Shown here piece after piece: positions 25,918 through 28,982 of a stretch of DNA of 28,982 bases (the first letter of the stretch is position 1; each line of letters begins with the position of its first letter). Position numbers and translations under genes: made by a program. Under the pieces are notes generated by a model. That model saw only the letters and a list, made by a program, of their open reading frames with translations, was not told where the DNA came from and ran no database searches. Source of the DNA: Gemmatimonadota bacterium (lineage in GTDB: Bacteria > Gemmatimonadota > Gemmatimonadetes > Gemmatimonadales > GWC2-71-9); assembly GCA_039591655.1 (NCBI GenBank), contig JBDHDE010000064.1:1-28982 (forward strand). The letters run 5' to 3'.

Positions 25918-28900
25918 TATCCCCCCCTTGGCTCCCCCACGAGCCCGGCGATACGCTGCCGCACATCTGCAACCTGCGGCTGTAGCTCGGGGTCGGCATC
26001 CTTCCACAGCTCGACGAACCGATTGTAGTACTCGACGGCCCGCTCCGTGTCGCCCCGCTCCTCATACAGCTCACCCAGCCGCCGGTAGGCTACCGCCAGG
26101 TGCACGTGATCCTGCGCGAGCCGCTCGAGCCATGGCGTGGAGACGTACCGCTCGTAGAGGGCGAGCGCGGAGTCGGGGTGGCCCGCCACGTCGTAGGACC
26201 GCGCCAGCCAGGGCAGCGCGCATATCATGCACGGCCCGTCGTCCGACTCCTGGAACTCGTCGATGGCCTCGTCCGGGCGTCCTTCGGCGAGCGCCACCGC
26301 ACCCCTGGCATGGTGGTGCAGTGCCCGCGCCTGTCGATTGTGCTCCGCGGCCCCCGAGGCCTCGTACTCCGCCAGCAGCGCCCCCGCTCTCTCCTCGTCT
26401 CCGGTTAGAGCGTGCAGCAATACAAGAGCCTGATAAGGTCGGTCCAGGATCGGAACCGATTCGAGCGGATACCGCCGCAGCGCACGCTCCACATGCTCTA
26501 AGCCTCGTGCCGGCTGCTCGCTTACCACGAGGTCGGCCAGCGCCCGGCGAGCCACCAGTGCTAGGTACTCCCCGGGCAGCTCCCGCTGCTCCGTGGCTGC
26601 GACTGCGGCGGCCCAGTGTCCCGCGGCGTCCCGCAACCTTCCCTTCAGAGTGGCCACCTGCGCCAAGCCCTCGCTTGCCGCGGCCTCCCAGAACAGGCTG
26701 CCGCGCTGGGCATCCCGCAGCTCCCGGAACCGGCGCTCGGCCTCCCCGTGGCTTCCGCGCGCCGCCTCGAGCCAGGCGCGGAACGCCATTACAGAGGGCC
26801 CCCCGGGGAATTGCAGTGCGAAGCGCTCAAGCGTGGCTTGCGCCTCCGTGTCCTTGCCCTGGAGAAACCGGGTCTCGGCCAGGTTCCAGTACGACGCCGC
26901 CTCGGACGGATCCGCTTCCAGCGCGCGCAGCGCGAACTCTTCGGCCCGGGCGTTGTCCCGCAGGCTCCAGTAGAGGAACGCGAGGTTGTTCAGGGCGTAG
27001 GTGTCCTCCGGAGCTAGTTCCAGCAGCGTACGGTAGGCGTCGATCGCCGCTTCCCATTGCTCGGTGACTGAAAGATGGTACATGCCAACGGCTCGGTAGC
27101 GCTCCACCTCGGTGAGTCGGTCGCGGTGGACGAATGCATTGGTCACGGCCTCGGTGCGTCGCGTCGGTTGCTCCCTGGTGTTCCCCAGAATGACCCCGAT
27201 CTTGCGATGCGCCATGGCGAAACCCGTGTCCAGGCCGACCGCCTCGTCCAGCAGGCGCAGCGCGCGCCCGAAATCGCCCTCGTTCTCCGCGCGAAGCCCC
27301 TGCGAGTAAAGACGAAGCGCCTGGAGCGAGCCGGTGGTGACCTGCTCCAGCGCCTCAGCGCGCCGGATCGTGCGCAATGACTCGCCAATCCGCTCCCGCA
27401 TCCGACTGGAGAGCCTGCCCACCGCGGGGATTATCCCGTCGGCGTCGTCCGCGGATTCCTGCTGCGCGGTGAGCACCTCGCCGGAAGCACTCATCACCCG
27501 GGCGGAGAGCACGAAGCCGCTTCCCACGGCGATGATCTCCCCGGCGATCACCGCCTTCAGCCCCTCCCGCTCGGCCACCTCGATGGCGAGGGGGAGGTCG
27601 AACCGGGCGTCGGCCTCGCGATCCATGCGCTGCAGCACCTGCACCACCCGGCCCGGATCCAGGAGATCCACGACGGGCGACTGGTCGAGGCCCACCCGGA
27701 AGAGCTGCGTCACGGCATAGGCCAGGGTCGAGTCGTCCGTGCGATTCTCGAATTCGGCCAGGACCAGAGGCTCGCGCTCCTGGAGCGCGCCCGTCGCCAC
27801 GAGCGTCCCGTACGGTCCGATCCCGAGCATGCGCATTGCGGAGTACGCCGTGACCGCCAGCCCCAGGGACGCAAACGCCAGCACTCCTCCCAGCATCGCC
27901 CGTCGCCAGGTGAGCCAGCGCTCCGGCCCGCCACCGGCGGCAGCGGCCTCGCCCGTTGCGCGCATGCGGGCACGCTCCCGCTCGATGCGCGCCGCCGACA
28001 TCACGATGGGAAGCCCCACCGCGAGCAAGACGATGGTGCTCGGCAGCACCCAGTCCGGCAGCCCCAGGAGCTGCATCAGCGAGTACACAACGCCCACGAC
28101 CCCCACCGATGCCAGCCCGAACAGCGCCGCTACGCGAGCCGGATGGTGACGCTCCAGCGCCTCGGCGGTGGAATCCCCCCTTGCGGCCCGCAGGCCCGCC
28201 TCCGCGAGCGCCTCAGCCAGCTGCCCTGCGGTGGCGAAGCGATCGGCCGGCGTCTTGGCCAGCGTGCGCCCCAGCGTCGCGGCGACTGAATTGGGCACCG
28301 TCGGCCGCAGGTTCGTGACAGGCGATGCCTCGACCGCGATGTGCTGGCGCACGACGCTCTCCACCGACGGCCCGACGAAGGGTGGTTGGCCGGCCAGCAT
28401 CTCGTACAGCACACATCCGAGGCTGTAGACATCGCTGCGGCCATCCAGTTCCCTCTCACCGGCCGCCTGCTCGGGGCTCATGTAGCGAGGCGTTCCCACG
28501 GACATCCCCGTCTCGGTGAGGCTGTCGCCGCCGGCGGCCGTGATCGCCCGGGCGATCCCGAAGTCCGCGACCACCGCGTGCCCCGCGTCCAGCAGGATGT
28601 TGGCTCAACGCGTCGGCCACCTCCCACGCGATATCCAGCGCGTCTTCAAGGGGAAGCTGTTTCTCGCGGACAAGCCGGTCGCGCAGCGACTCGCCCTCTA
28701 CGTACGGCATCACGTAGTAGAGGAGTCCGTCCGCCTCGCCTGAGTCGTACAGCGGCAGGATGTGGGGATGATGCAGCCGGGCTGCGATCTCGATCTCTCG
28801 CAGGAAGCGCTCGGGCCCCAAGGCCGAAGCGAGCTCCGGGTGCAGGACCTTCACGGCCACCTGGCGGTGATGCTTGAGATCCTCGCCCAGATAGACCGTG

Positions 28901-28982
28901 GCCATGCCGCCTCTGCCGATCTCCCGCTCGATGGCGTAGCGGTCGGCCAGGGCGGCTTTCACACGATTCACAGGATCGGTCA
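25917..28982 (-). pseudogene. Membrane Ser/Thr kinase with TM segments, TolB-N/FlgO-like domain and TPRs; frameshifted, catalytic loop missing
   Basis: Kinase N-lobe (GRGGMA, VAVK, FLREI) in one frame; NILL..DFG..GTPRYMSPE in another. Junction GCG TTG AGC|C|AAC ATC CTG at 28602; no HRDxKP in either frame. The start codon is clipped by the window end (..TG ACC GAT CCT). Confidence 0.88.

Noticed and set aside
20575..28982. Three genes begin with (A)TGACCGATCC (MTDP): antiporter, NCS2 permease, kinase
   Set aside because: Only 10-11 nt with no shared upstream sequence; explicable by N-terminal residue and codon bias.

Overview
GC-rich bacterial chromosomal segment with about 27 coding regions and no rRNA, tRNA, CRISPR or mobile element that I can support. 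Gemmatimonadota is likely, inferred from the '...ALADRYAIEREIGRGGMATVYL.EDLKHHRQVAVKVL' type of membrane Ser/Thr kinase. Genes, left to right: 3' end of an Ig-like (BIG2) repeat/NTF2-like protein; outer-membrane beta-barrel; SAM methyltransferase and OsmC-family pair; a divergent operon of a Cys-bearing ribbon-helix-helix regulator and a Cys/His-rich MerC-like membrane protein; a tiny lipoprotein-like ORF; a secreted multidomain beta-propeller protein; an ERR-repeat/zinc-ribbon protein; a minus-strand run of frameshifted MBL-fold hydrolase, GntR(YtrA), ABC ATPase, permease, CBM9-like lipoprotein and Tat GH-like protein; YhhN; AmmeMemoRadiSam radical SAM enzyme; TetR with a divergent unknown gene; aldehyde dehydrogenase; MliC lipoprotein; Na+/H+ antiporter; PafA-like phosphatase coupled to an NCS2 permease; haloalkane dehalogenase and crotonase; two damaged kinase-TPR genes. 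Best leads: (i) the RHH + MerC-like putative metal(loid)-sensing operon with a visible promoter/operator, (ii) the TetR with three operator copies over the promoter of an uncharacterised 102-aa gene, (iii) three deletion-type frameshift scars, one removing a kinase catalytic loop, (iv) a PafA-like enzyme with a remodelled active site. All family calls are by motif recognition; no searches were run.
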